Positions 1 through 9,024 of a DNA stretch of 64,000 nt are shown in pieces. A program made the translations under genes and the position numbers. Source of the stretch: Candidatus Moraniibacteriota bacterium (GTDB taxonomy: Bacteria > Patescibacteriota > Minisyncoccia > Moranbacterales > UBA1568); NCBI GenBank assembly GCA_028688415.1, contig JAQTYF010000001.1:208627-272626 (forward strand), written 5' to 3'. Numbering within the stretch: position 1 is the stretch's first letter; each line of letters starts with the position of its first letter. The notes under the pieces were generated by a model. The model was not told where the DNA came from. It did not search any database and saw only the letters and a program-made list of their open reading frames with translations.

Positions 1-134
1 TTGTTAAAGAAACTTATTTATAGCACTTTTTTGTGTTTTTGTCAAGTACAAAAAATACATTGGAAAAGAAAAAAGCCCGAGCGAATGCTATCGTGTGGGC
101 TTTCTGGTAGAGGAGGAGAGAACGAATGGGTTCT

Positions 135-419
135 TCAGTATGAGTCGACGTCGTCGTGCACCAGTATCTTTTCTGATGTTTCGAGCGACTGAACAGCGCG
201 ATGAAGAGCGAAATAGTACTCGTTGTACGCTTCAAGTGCGATGCCGTTGTCGGTAATCGACGTTTTGCCGAAACGTGAGAGGAATTCGTTCCAGAGACTA
301 TCATTCTGGGCGCTGAGCAGGTATTTCAGAAGCTCGTGTTTTGGATCATGAGCGTGAAGAAGTCCAGCCTCTTCAGTAATCAGGCTCGAGATATCGGTGA
401 TTTCAGTTGCATTTAACAT
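135..419 (-). CDS. hypothetical small protein (94 aa)
   Basis: Intact ORF with an AGGAG-like RBS (revcomp of ctcctg at 424-430) just upstream of the ATG at 417-419. No family recognised. Confidence 0.45.
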   Translation of the reverse strand: MLNATEITDISSLITEEAGLLHAHDPKHELLKYLLSAQNDSLWNEFLSRFGKTSITDNGIALEAYNEYYFALHRAVQSLETSEKILVHDDVDSY

Positions 420-556
420 TTTTTCTCCTGTTGGATTGTGAAAGAATATATCCGTTGTAGAATTTTTTACTCATTTTGTCAAGAGAAATCTTTGCATATT
501 GGCTGATATACTTTATACTGAGAGTAGGATTTTTTAATTATTTATTTCGAAAATTT

Positions 557-1498
557 ATGGAATTTTTACGGATACTCCGACAGAGTATTTTTGATAGAGA
601 TTTTTATATGAAAGCAAAAGATACTCATTTTAGCGGAGCATTGAAGCAGTATACACTGTTTATAGTGTGTATCGCTTGTATTACTGCAATATTTTTCTTT
701 TCTTTCCTTTTTGTTTCTTTGTCACAAATGAGAGAAATGGGGGATGTTCGCGCTCAAGCACTGTCTCTCTATCCTGATGAACTCGTGCTCCGTTTCGAGA
801 ATGGTCAAGCGACTTCCAATGTCGCAGAACCGTATGTGATCCCGGTACCAGCATCGTTTGGTATACAAAATTCTGACAATCTGCTTGTTATCAATACTCA
901 GGGGACAGTGACGCCAGCTGATTTCGATCTCTATAATACATCCGCCATTCTCGGAGGTGACGCCGTGTGGGTCTATGATCGAAAGAAAGAGAAGATTGAG
1001 ATTCAGAAATTTGATATGTTTGGAAAAGAAGCTGTTGTCGTGAATGAACAGAAAGTAGGAGAGTGGATAGATATCGCTTGGAACATAGGGAAGAAAGTGT
1101 TGGTTGCTTCCTTCATATTCGTACCGTTTTTCATTTTCTCTTTTCTCTGGTTCAGTTATCTGACATACCTCCTCTTTGGCGCAGTCATTATTTGGGTTGT
1201 TGCCAAGGTACGTAAAGCCGATCTCTCGTACAGCCAGTCATACAAAATCGGTCTCTATCTTATTACGCTTCCAATTCTCTACAATACATTGACAGTTGCT
1301 TCTCTCTCCTCCCTTCGTTTTCCTTTTGCATTTACGATTATTCTCGCTATCGTAGCGTATGCAAATCTGACCCCGACAAGCACCATTTCAATCAGTGAAG
1401 AAAAAACAGACACACCCAAAGAAGACGAAGGAGTGATCAAAATTGAAAACATCGAAGAAAAAAAGGATCTGAATATTGAATCAAATAAAGAATTATAA
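557..1498 (+). CDS. polytopic membrane protein, DUF1189-like
   Basis: Long ORF (ORF track starts at TTG 476; ATG at 557 chosen). Several hydrophobic segments, a central soluble region and an acidic C-terminal tail. Start codon uncertain. Confidence 0.5.
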   Translation: MEFLRILRQSIFDRDFYMKAKDTHFSGALKQYTLFIVCIACITAIFFFSFLFVSLSQMREMGDVRAQALSLYPDELVLRFENGQATSNVAEPYVIPVPASFGIQNSDNLLVINTQGTVTPADFDLYNTSAILGGDAVWVYDRKKEKIEIQKFDMFGKEAVVVNEQKVGEWIDIAWNIGKKVLVASFIFVPFFIFSFLWFSYLTYLLFGAVIIWVVAKVRKADLSYSQSYKIGLYLITLPILYNTLTVASLSSLRFPFAFTIILAIVAYANLTPTSTISISEEKTDTPKEDEGVIKIENIEEKKDLNIESNKEL

Positions 1499-1533
1499 GA
1501 AAATCAGGAATATTCAAATTATTTTTTATCTTT

Positions 1534-1821
1534 ATGAAAGAACAAGTGAAGAATCAAATTCAGATCAAGGCAACGGACGAAGTATTGCGCGGGGTGTATG
1601 CGAATGCGATGCAGGTGCTTCATACCAAACAAGAATTTGTTCTGGATTTTATGAACATGTTTCCGCCGACAGGGACACTCAATGCACGAGTCATTGTTTC
1701 ACCTGCTCATTTGAAACAAATTATTACCGTACTTTCTGACAATTTGAATAAATACGAAACGAGTTTTGGAACAGTGGAAGCTTCGGATGCTTCATCAAAA
1801 ACTATTGGTTTTCAAGCATAA
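1534..1821 (+). CDS. DUF3467 family protein
   Basis: 95 aa; the motif ANAMQVLHTKQEFVLDF is typical of DUF3467 small proteins. Confidence 0.5.
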   Translation: MKEQVKNQIQIKATDEVLRGVYANAMQVLHTKQEFVLDFMNMFPPTGTLNARVIVSPAHLKQIITVLSDNLNKYETSFGTVEASDASSKTIGFQA

Positions 1822-1832
1822 CGTACAGACAT

Positions 1833-2066
1833 ATGTATGAAGGATTTTTGCAGGAAAGAGATGAGTCAGACGCAAAAAATGATATTGCAGAAGAGACGAT
1901 AATCCATGTCCAGGAATTATTGGACGATGGATTGTACGATGAGGATGCTCGAAACAGAGCTATTATTATGCTCGAAGAAGCGAGATTGTCAACAAAAGAT
2001 GAACGCGCAATAGAACAAATAGACATGCTTCTCGAAGATATCGAAACTCGCTACGGAGATGTTTAA
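1833..2066 (+). CDS. hypothetical acidic protein (77 aa)
   Basis: ORF only; D/E-rich; no family recognised. Confidence 0.3.
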   Translation: MYEGFLQERDESDAKNDIAEETIIHVQELLDDGLYDEDARNRAIIMLEEARLSTKDERAIEQIDMLLEDIETRYGDV

Positions 2067-2118
2067 GAAAACAACATTTGTTTTTTTCTTTGAAGTAGGA
2101 TAAGGTGCGATACGACCT

Positions 2119-2700
2119 ATGGATATACATTCGGTACAATTTGTGAAAGGAGTCATTGGTTCCGAAGGACTGCCACAGCCATCACTGCCTGTTGTGGCTT
2201 TTTTCGGGCGTTCGAATGTGGGAAAATCGAGCGTGATCAATTCACTCGTAAAACAGAAAGGTATGGCACGATCAAGTTCTTCTGCAGGACGGACGACAGA
2301 GATCAATTACTACCTCGTGAATGACGCATGGTATTTGGTCGATCTCCCTGGCTATGGGTATGCTAATCGTCCAGCAGTCGTACGAGCGAAACTTGAGAAA
2401 CATCTTTCCTGGTATGCAAGTACTGATGAAGTCAATTTTCTTTGGACAGCACTCATCGTCGATGCGGAGATAGGTGCCAAAGATTCCGATAAAAAAACTT
2501 TTGAACTCCTCCGAGAATATGGGAGAAGAGTGATCATCATCGCGAATAAATGTGACAAGGGTGGTCGGAACGATATGACCAAGAGTTTGCAGAAAATTCG
2601 TACGACCTTCCCTGATTGCCCTGTGATTCGCTATTCCGCCAAGACAGGTGAGGGGAGAATAGAGCTTCTCCAAACTCTTTTTCCGAAAGAGAAGAAATAG
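2119..2700 (+). CDS. engB: ribosome biogenesis GTP-binding protein YihA/YsxC (EngB)
   Basis: G1 motif GRSNVGKSS, DLPGYG and NKCDK G4 motifs, and ~190 aa length are typical of EngB. Confidence 0.85.
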   Translation: MDIHSVQFVKGVIGSEGLPQPSLPVVAFFGRSNVGKSSVINSLVKQKGMARSSSSAGRTTEINYYLVNDAWYLVDLPGYGYANRPAVVRAKLEKHLSWYASTDEVNFLWTALIVDAEIGAKDSDKKTFELLREYGRRVIIIANKCDKGGRNDMTKSLQKIRTTFPDCPVIRYSAKTGEGRIELLQTLFPKEKK

Positions 2701-2822
2701 ACAGCACACAATTGAGTATCACTTTTTTCACCCATCAACATCTCTTGACTGATGGGTATTTTTGTGTCAAAATATTGTGTTGACATTGTCAACAGTTTTT
2801 TCACAACTAGTAGGAGTAAGAG

Positions 2823-4043
2823 ATGAAGAATGTGTATTCTTTTGTGCTTTGTGGCGGTCGAGGCATTCGTCTCGGCGCGCTTACCGATACTCGGGCCAAG
2901 CCCGCAGTACCGTTTGGCGGGAAATACCGTATTGTCGATTTCGTGATGTCGAATCTGTTTAACAGCGGGTTCCACACTATTGGGGCACTCGTCCAATATC
3001 GGAGTCAGTTTCTGATGGACTATCTGTCCAACAATTGGAGCTCAGTCCCGAAAATGGGGTTCAATGTCTATACCATCGCACCTCAACAGGTGTTTGGTGA
3101 AGAATGGTATCGTGGTACGGCCGATGCGGTGTATCAGAATCTGGACACCGTGCGTGAGCATGGGTCTTTCGATACCGTGTGCATCATGAGTGGTGATCAT
3201 ATCACCGCGATCAATCTCTCTCAGATGTATCGGTACCATCAGGCACGGGAATCAGTGTTTACTGTCTGTGCGATGTCTGTGCCATCGGGCGAAGCATCAG
3301 AACGCTTTGGCGTGATCGAAGTCGATGAAAACAGTCGAATCATTGGTTTTGAAGAAAAGCCGAAGTTCCCGAAAGAAATTCCTGGGAAGCCTGGGTGGAG
3401 CTATATCTCCCTCGGGAACTACTTTGCGAATTTTCATCGTCTCTCGAGTTATCTTGGTGAAGATGCGAATGATGCTGAAAGTGATCACGACTTCGGCAAA
3501 GACATCATCCCTCAGATGGTGAGTGCCAGAGAAGCAGTGTTCGCTTATGACTATCGGGATAACCATATCACTGGTCAGAAAGAACACTACTGGCGTGACG
3601 TTGGTACGGTGAGTGGGTATCATGAGGCCAATATGGACCTCGTCCAGTACGAGCCACAGATCAACCTCTACAACGAAGAATGGCCTATTTGGACGCCGGC
3701 GGACAACCTGCCGGGCGCCAAGTTCGTCAAACCGCATCATCGGCTGGGTAGCGGTGAACGTTTCATTGTGAGTGGTGGATGCATCGTGGAAGATGCTTAC
3801 CTTTGTGAGACGATTCTCGGACGCAATGTCCGCGTGTATGGATCCAAAGTATGTCAGTCAGTGATCTGTGCTGGTGTGCGAATTGGATCTGGATGTTCAC
3901 TCAGTCGTGTGATTATCGACGAAGGTGTTCATATTCCACCGAAAACGAAAATCGGCTTTGATGCCGAACACGATAAAGCTCGTGGCTTCTTCGTTGATGA
4001 CAGTGGTATTGTCATCGTTCCTCAAGGATATGTCTTCAAGTAA
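2823..4043 (+). CDS. glgC: glucose-1-phosphate adenylyltransferase
   Basis: N-terminal LCGGRGIRLGALTDTRAKPAVPFGGKYRIVDF nucleotidyltransferase motif, C-terminal left-handed beta-helix region, 406 aa, good RBS (aggagtaagag). Confidence 0.85.
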   Translation: MKNVYSFVLCGGRGIRLGALTDTRAKPAVPFGGKYRIVDFVMSNLFNSGFHTIGALVQYRSQFLMDYLSNNWSSVPKMGFNVYTIAPQQVFGEEWYRGTADAVYQNLDTVREHGSFDTVCIMSGDHITAINLSQMYRYHQARESVFTVCAMSVPSGEASERFGVIEVDENSRIIGFEEKPKFPKEIPGKPGWSYISLGNYFANFHRLSSYLGEDANDAESDHDFGKDIIPQMVSAREAVFAYDYRDNHITGQKEHYWRDVGTVSGYHEANMDLVQYEPQINLYNEEWPIWTPADNLPGAKFVKPHHRLGSGERFIVSGGCIVEDAYLCETILGRNVRVYGSKVCQSVICAGVRIGSGCSLSRVIIDEGVHIPPKTKIGFDAEHDKARGFFVDDSGIVIVPQGYVFK

Positions 4044-4105
4044 GGTCATATCAAAAAGTAGAATCACCCCGTTTTCCGAACCAGGAAGCGGGGGATTTTT
4101 TTATT
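4042..4105 (+). repeat. copy A of a ~64-bp repeated element carrying a rho-independent terminator
   Basis: aaggtcatatcaaaaagtagaatcaccccgttttccgaaccaggaagcgggggatttttttat; hairpin CCCCGTTTTCC/GGAAGCGGGGG followed by a T-run. Near-identical copy at 5415-5478. Confidence 0.6.
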
Positions 4106-4327
4106 AGGAAATACTTTTGAGATCCGAATGCTTTTTCTTAGGTTTTTTATATTGACTTCTTTTATTCTTTGAGGATATACTCTATGGAAGTTTGATCATG
4201 CTTACCTAGGGATCCAAATGAAAGGGTTCTTGTGGTAGAGCGGGATCGTCCTGTTTTATCCTGCTGGGCGACTGGCGGGCTGGTGAGCGATCACCTTCAG
4301 TTCTTTTACAACCGGAGTATTTTTATC

Positions 4328-5383
4328 ATGAAAACCTTTGAAATTGGCAAGTTGTTTCACGAAGGGAATGTCCAGACCTCCGTCACTTTGATGGATTTCC
4401 CTTATCTGATCCCTGATGCGTTTTATGAGACACGAGAGGGGAAGAAGCTTTCTATCCCTCTGTTACGCTCGATACTGAGCGAGTATTCCAAGAACTATAT
4501 CCTCCTTAAAAAAGAAAGTGGCAAGGAAGAACGTCTTTTGGAACGAGCCTTGAAAACGCTGGAAACAGCGAATCACTATGAGTCGGCCTGCCCGAATGGC
4601 TTTTTCGGTCTTGACGGACTCGAACAGTCATTGAAAGATTTGGACGATCCCACAAAACATGTCATGATCTCGGCTGGTATGAGCAATGTCACATTCAAAC
4701 TTTTGCGTTTGGGTGACTGTATTGCCATGTTACCAACTGACTCACGAGGAGAAAATCATCAGGATGCAATCGGTATCCTCGACGACATAATGGAAAGAAC
4801 AAATGGAGTGATGAATCTCATACATTTCGTTCGGCAATATGGATTTTCTATTGTTCCAAACTATGCCCCAGATGGGAACAATGGCGGTATCTTTGATGTG
4901 GCCGACGAAATAGCGAAATGGCGTGTACATGCGCCTCTGATCAATTGGGTGGACGCGGAAGTTTTTACCCAGAGCCTGTCGGAAGATTTCATATCGAGTT
5001 CTGATAATGATGACGGTGGTGTCGTCATCGGATCGTACGGAGATATGGACGTTTTGATGAGAATCAAGTCCGCGAAAAACTCAAAAGACGACATGGCCTG
5101 GCGACGTGGATATATCCGGAGCCAGACGGCTACGAGAATCGTTTTCGAGTCGAATCATCGGTACATGATCGAAGTGGAGTATTTCTTGAGAGTCAAGAAT
5201 CTTCGGCCTTGTTGGCTTACCGCTGTCTCGCTGAAACACAGTCTTGATTACGGTACAGAACAACACTGCATGGCAGCCGTTGCACGAATGATGTATGCTG
5301 GACTTTATAGCCGTTCTTTTGAACAAACAATGAGTCACAATTCCCATCTTCGTTCATTCGTCATTTGTACTGTCTGTCGATAA
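4328..5383 (+). CDS. hypothetical protein
   Basis: Long ORF (track start GTG 4232; ATG 4328 MKTFEIGK chosen). No recognised domain. Confidence 0.45.
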   Translation: MKTFEIGKLFHEGNVQTSVTLMDFPYLIPDAFYETREGKKLSIPLLRSILSEYSKNYILLKKESGKEERLLERALKTLETANHYESACPNGFFGLDGLEQSLKDLDDPTKHVMISAGMSNVTFKLLRLGDCIAMLPTDSRGENHQDAIGILDDIMERTNGVMNLIHFVRQYGFSIVPNYAPDGNNGGIFDVADEIAKWRVHAPLINWVDAEVFTQSLSEDFISSSDNDDGGVVIGSYGDMDVLMRIKSAKNSKDDMAWRRGYIRSQTATRIVFESNHRYMIEVEYFLRVKNLRPCWLTAVSLKHSLDYGTEQHCMAAVARMMYAGLYSRSFEQTMSHNSHLRSFVICTVCR

Positions 5384-5414
5384 GTAGGTGGCTTTGGTCA
5401 CTACTGAATACAGT

Positions 5415-5478
5415 AAGGCCATATCAATAAAGTAGAATCACCCCGTTTTCCGAACCAGGAAGCGGGGGATTTTTTTAT
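5415..5478 (+). repeat. copy B of the ~64-bp terminator-bearing repeat
   Basis: Two mismatches to the copy at 4042-4105, same hairpin plus T-run. Confidence 0.6.
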
Positions 5479-5569
5479 AAAAAAGAGGAGAAATGAAGAA
5501 TCGTATTTTTTAAGCAATAAAAAAGCTCCTCCAATAAGAAGAGCTTTTTCAGTTGTCCGAATATATCGT

Positions 5570-5815
5570 TTAGCGTAAAGCTTTCACGATATAAATCAGC
5601 ACTACAGCGCCGATAAGGGCGACGACGAAGCTGTAGAGATCGAACCCAGACACTCCGGCCTGACCAAAAAAGGTCATGATCCAACCACCGACGACAGCGC
5701 CGACAATACCTACAATAATATTGAGGAGAATGCCTTGCTGACTGTCTGTGTGCATGAGAAGTGATGCGACCCAACCGACGAGACCACCAAAGATGATCCA
5801 AATAAGAAAACTCAT
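5570..5815 (-). CDS. GlsB/YeaQ/YmgE family stress-response membrane protein
   Basis: 81 aa, glycine-zipper TM segments (GGLVGWVASLL, GIVGAVVGGW) characteristic of the transglycosylase-associated family. Confidence 0.7.
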   Translation of the reverse strand: MSFLIWIIFGGLVGWVASLLMHTDSQQGILLNIIVGIVGAVVGGWIMTFFGQAGVSGFDLYSFVVALIGAVVLIYIVKALR

Positions 5816-5845
5816 AGAATTTAATGTTAATGAATTAAGAGGTTA

Positions 5846-6199
5846 TCAATCTTGTCGATCAAGTTTTACGGCTGCTTCAGGAGTAGAGACTGTCTTCCCC
5901 ATGACAAGGAGCTTGATAATACCCCATGCAAAGAGAAAATAGACGAACATAGCGAGAATGGTGGTCCATTCAAAAATACTCCCTTCCACTCGTGATATTC
6001 TGAAAACAGAAGTGAACGGTGCTACGAAGATACCAGTGGCGGTGTAGATGAAATCTGTGAATCCTGCTCCAGCATTGGCGCCGAAAAGCTTGAGGATGAG
6101 ACGAAACGCGAGGAGCGTTTCGAGAAGCCCGAGGAGATACCAGATGACCTGTGTTCCGCGATAGAGTGGTTTTGTGCTGCCTGATGACATTGCGTCCAT
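5846..6199 (-). CDS. YggT family membrane protein
   Basis: 117 aa, two TM segments with a YggT-like repeat organisation. Confidence 0.6.
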   Translation of the reverse strand: MDAMSSGSTKPLYRGTQVIWYLLGLLETLLAFRLILKLFGANAGAGFTDFIYTATGIFVAPFTSVFRISRVEGSIFEWTTILAMFVYFLFAWGIIKLLVMGKTVSTPEAAVKLDRQD

Positions 6200-6243
6200 A
6201 AGATTTTTCGTTACGGATTAAGGCATTTTTTCTATCTTTCTAG

Positions 6244-6259
6244 GTAACCACGTGGTTAC
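6244..6259. promoter_or_regulatory. 16-bp perfect palindrome GTAACCACGTGGTTAC in a divergent intergenic region
   Basis: Exact dyad symmetry with a CACGTG core between the divergent YggT-like gene and the ferredoxin-like gene; candidate operator. Confidence 0.4.
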
Positions 6260-6402
6260 ATGAATAATGAAGAAGAACTTTCATATCTCTATTGTACTCC
6301 TTATAGTTTAAATTAGCCAATGTTTTTTGAAAAAAGTCAAGAGGATAGAGGTGTCTTGTTGTTGATTTCCTTGCCAATTGCAGGTATACTCTATGCACAC
6401 TT

Positions 6403-6780
6403 ATGGAAGAAACAACATTACAATCATCGCTCTCTATCAAAGATATCCTTCCGGAGAAACAGGGGAAATGCCAAGCAACGATCAAGGTCTGTCTGCACGA
6501 TAAATGTTGTCGAAAGGGAGCGGAAGATATCTATAAAAATCTCAAAGAAGGACTCTCGAAAGAAGAAGCTCTTGTTTTGCCTATCCACGAATGTTTCGGA
6601 TTCTGCAAAGACGGTCCGAATATCTCTTTGAATGACAATATTATCAAAGGTGTTCGTCCTTTCTCAGCTGTGGAGCTCGTCAGAAGAGAACTCGAGAACC
6701 CATCCTGCAAGGCCGATGGACTCGGATCAAAAAGCATTGAGACACTTGACGATGTCTTGGAAAATATCGAAAAACTCTAG
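6403..6780 (+). CDS. thioredoxin-like [2Fe-2S] ferredoxin family protein
   Basis: Cys clusters VCLHDKCC and ECFGFCKDGPN match the NuoE-like thioredoxin-fold ferredoxin pattern. Confidence 0.55.
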   Translation: MEETTLQSSLSIKDILPEKQGKCQATIKVCLHDKCCRKGAEDIYKNLKEGLSKEEALVLPIHECFGFCKDGPNISLNDNIIKGVRPFSAVELVRRELENPSCKADGLGSKSIETLDDVLENIEKL

Positions 6781-6938
6781 AGTGAAATAAGAATCCGCCC
6801 ACATCGTTCTATGAAGTGTTTCGGGCAGGCCCGCCTGCAACGCTATGCGTAGCATTACGGGCAGGGTTGTAAAAAAAAGGTCTTTGTGATAGCTTGTTAT
6901 ATCAATAAATAACGAGCTTTTTTTGTAAAGACAAGGTC

Positions 6939-7505
6939 ATGAAACGAAGCAAAGCTTTTTTCAAGTCAGTACTCAAAGCGAATAAAGAGAGGATGCTCGC
7001 TACTTTTGATCGAGCGAAGAAACATACCCAATCGATGATGCAAAGAAACGTGAAACGAAATGAGAAGTCACTTCTGATAATTCTCTGGAACATCTATTAT
7101 CAGAAAATACGTACTGTCCTGTACTCTGCCTCTGCGAAATCAAGGACATACATCCGCCAATTTTCTTTACGAGATACTTATCGGAATATATCTGTTTTTT
7201 TCACCAAGACATTGAATCGCATGAAAGACACTTCTTTCGCGATATATGAGAATGTTATTCTGCGAGGAAAATATACGCATAAAATGTTTATGATACTTTT
7301 TCTGGTAGCTATTGTTTTTGGAATAGGAGTGAAATCTCTTGCTGTGAATATCGGTATGACGATGGGCTTTGATGATTACCTGGTTATTTCAGAGGATGTT
7401 CGTTATGATATCGGCCTTTTGCAAGAGAAAAATATGAACCAAACAAAAGAAGATTCAGAAAGTAACGAACGACAGGGCGATGTCTGTTCGGATTTGGAGA
7501 TATAA
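6939..7505 (+). CDS. hypothetical membrane protein
   Basis: ORF with one TM segment (FMILFLVAIVFGIGV); basic N-terminus. Confidence 0.4.
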   Translation: MKRSKAFFKSVLKANKERMLATFDRAKKHTQSMMQRNVKRNEKSLLIILWNIYYQKIRTVLYSASAKSRTYIRQFSLRDTYRNISVFFTKTLNRMKDTSFAIYENVILRGKYTHKMFMILFLVAIVFGIGVKSLAVNIGMTMGFDDYLVISEDVRYDIGLLQEKNMNQTKEDSESNERQGDVCSDLEI

Positions 7506-7522
7506 TTCCCTATTTTTTTTAG

Positions 7523-8578
7523 ATGATTTTTATGGATACTTTTTACCCGAAGAACGAAGTGACGCAAGAGAAAAGTGTCGTTCAGATAAAAAACCTGATT
7601 GCACTGGGTGTTGTCTTGACAGGGCTTTTTATCGGAAGTTTGTTCGTGGACTTTGCACAACTGATGACGGGAAGTGGTTTTTCTCGGAGTATCGTTCGAG
7701 AGTATGATCTTCTTCAATCAGGAGGCAAGACATGGGTAGCTTACAAAGAACCAAAAGTGACTGTCCATATCATCACTGATGAAGATTGTACGAATTGTGA
7801 TCCTCGCGAGGCCCTCGTATGGCTCCGACGTGTGATGCCGACGATAGAAGCTTCTGCTGTAGAGAGTACTTCTCCTCTCGGAAGAGAGCTTATCGAGCAA
7901 ATGCGCATCGTGTCTCTCCCAGCATTTATTTTCTCTCGAGATGTGACAGCGACAGATTTCTATTCTCAGGCATCGAGTCTCTTTATCGAGGAGGAAAAAG
8001 GATATTTTTTTGATATGGGAAAAATTGGTTTGTCTATCGGGAAATATCTGACACTTCCAGAAGTGCGTGACGGTGACAGTATGAGTGGACCACGAGATGC
8101 TCGAGTGACCATTATCGAATTCTCAGATTTCCAGTGTGTCTATTGCAAGACATTTCAATCCGATCTGAATACAGTGCTGAAAGAATATGCTGGTAAGGTA
8201 TTGTTCGTTTATAAGCATCTTCCGCTCTCTTCACATACTCAAGCGGAGAACGCATCACTTGCTTCGCTCTGTGCCAATGAGCAGGGGAAGTTTCAGGTGT
8301 ATGCTGATTATCTTTACACAAAACAAGACGTGTGGGGAAAAACAATTGGTACACAGAAATTCAAGGACTATGCTTGGTGGCTCGGTCTCGATGGTCGAAA
8401 ATTCACGACCTGTCTCGATACCAAAAAATATCAAAACCAGGTACTCGCTGATAAAACAGAAGCGAATAAATTCTCTCTTACAGGAACGCCGAGCACTTTC
8501 ATTAACGGCGTCTTCTTATCTGGTGCTGTGACAAAAGATGTCTTGAGACAAGTGATTGACGAAGAGCTTGCTCGATAA
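7523..8578 (+). CDS. DsbA-family thiol:disulfide oxidoreductase, membrane-anchored, tandem thioredoxin-like domains
   Basis: N-terminal TM, a CTNC motif and a canonical CVYC active site (FSDFQCVYCKTF). Confidence 0.7.
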   Translation: MIFMDTFYPKNEVTQEKSVVQIKNLIALGVVLTGLFIGSLFVDFAQLMTGSGFSRSIVREYDLLQSGGKTWVAYKEPKVTVHIITDEDCTNCDPREALVWLRRVMPTIEASAVESTSPLGRELIEQMRIVSLPAFIFSRDVTATDFYSQASSLFIEEEKGYFFDMGKIGLSIGKYLTLPEVRDGDSMSGPRDARVTIIEFSDFQCVYCKTFQSDLNTVLKEYAGKVLFVYKHLPLSSHTQAENASLASLCANEQGKFQVYADYLYTKQDVWGKTIGTQKFKDYAWWLGLDGRKFTTCLDTKKYQNQVLADKTEANKFSLTGTPSTFINGVFLSGAVTKDVLRQVIDEELAR

Positions 8579-8745
8579 ACATGAGACATGAGTCTTGCTG
8601 TTTGGTTATTTTTCCTGTAAAATGGAAAAAGTTTTGCATTTGCCAAGATAGCTCATCCGCCATCCGCCATCTGGCGGAGGCGGAGGCAGAGCGGCACATT
8701 CGCTCGCCCCGTCACACAATGAAGTTTCAGAAAATACGATATTAC

Positions 8746-8821
8746 GCCATCTTAGCTCAGTTGGTAGAGCGGCACACTCGTAACGTGCAGGTCCGCGGTT
8801 CAATCCCGCGAGATGGCTCCA
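8746..8821 (+). tRNA. tRNA-Thr (anticodon CGU)
   Basis: Cloverleaf: acceptor GCCATCT/AGATGGC, D-arm GCTCAGTTGGTAGAGC, anticodon loop CTCGTAA, T-arm CGCGGTTCAATCCCGCG, encoded CCA. Confidence 0.85.
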
Positions 8822-8837
8822 AGATTAATGTGTGACT

Positions 8838-8881
8838 GGGGTAAATGCAGGTCCCGGGTTCGATTCCCGGTCTTGGCTCCA
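8838..8881 (+). pseudogene. tRNA 3'-half fragment (anticodon-loop 3' side, T-arm, acceptor 3' strand, CCA)
   Basis: GGTAAATGCAGGTCCCGGGTTCGATTCCCGGTCTTGGCTCCA parallels the 3' half of the adjacent tRNA-Thr, but there is no D-arm or anticodon-stem 5' side. Possible old att remnant. Confidence 0.5.
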
Positions 8882-9024
8882 TAAATAAGTTCTCCAGTTT
8901 TCCCTGCCCTCCGCCAGCTGGTGGATTGGAGGGGATTCTGATCATCGGCTCAAGAAGAATAAAGCAGGTTTCGATAGACCTGTTTTTCTTTTTGTGAAAT
9001 GAGAAATATGGTATACTAAAATAT

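Noticed and set aside
6826-6846. Recurring GCAGGCGGGC-like GC-rich motifs at 6826, 14794 and 25900
   Set aside because: Only 10-mer level identity in two copies, which is expected by chance in 64 kb. No consistent context.
8606-8945. Small ORFs (65 and 62 aa on the minus strand, 84 aa on the plus strand) overlapping tRNA-Thr and the tRNA fragment
   Set aside because: They overlap well-formed tRNA structure. Their translations are Pro/Gly-rich artefacts of the GC-rich tRNA sequence.
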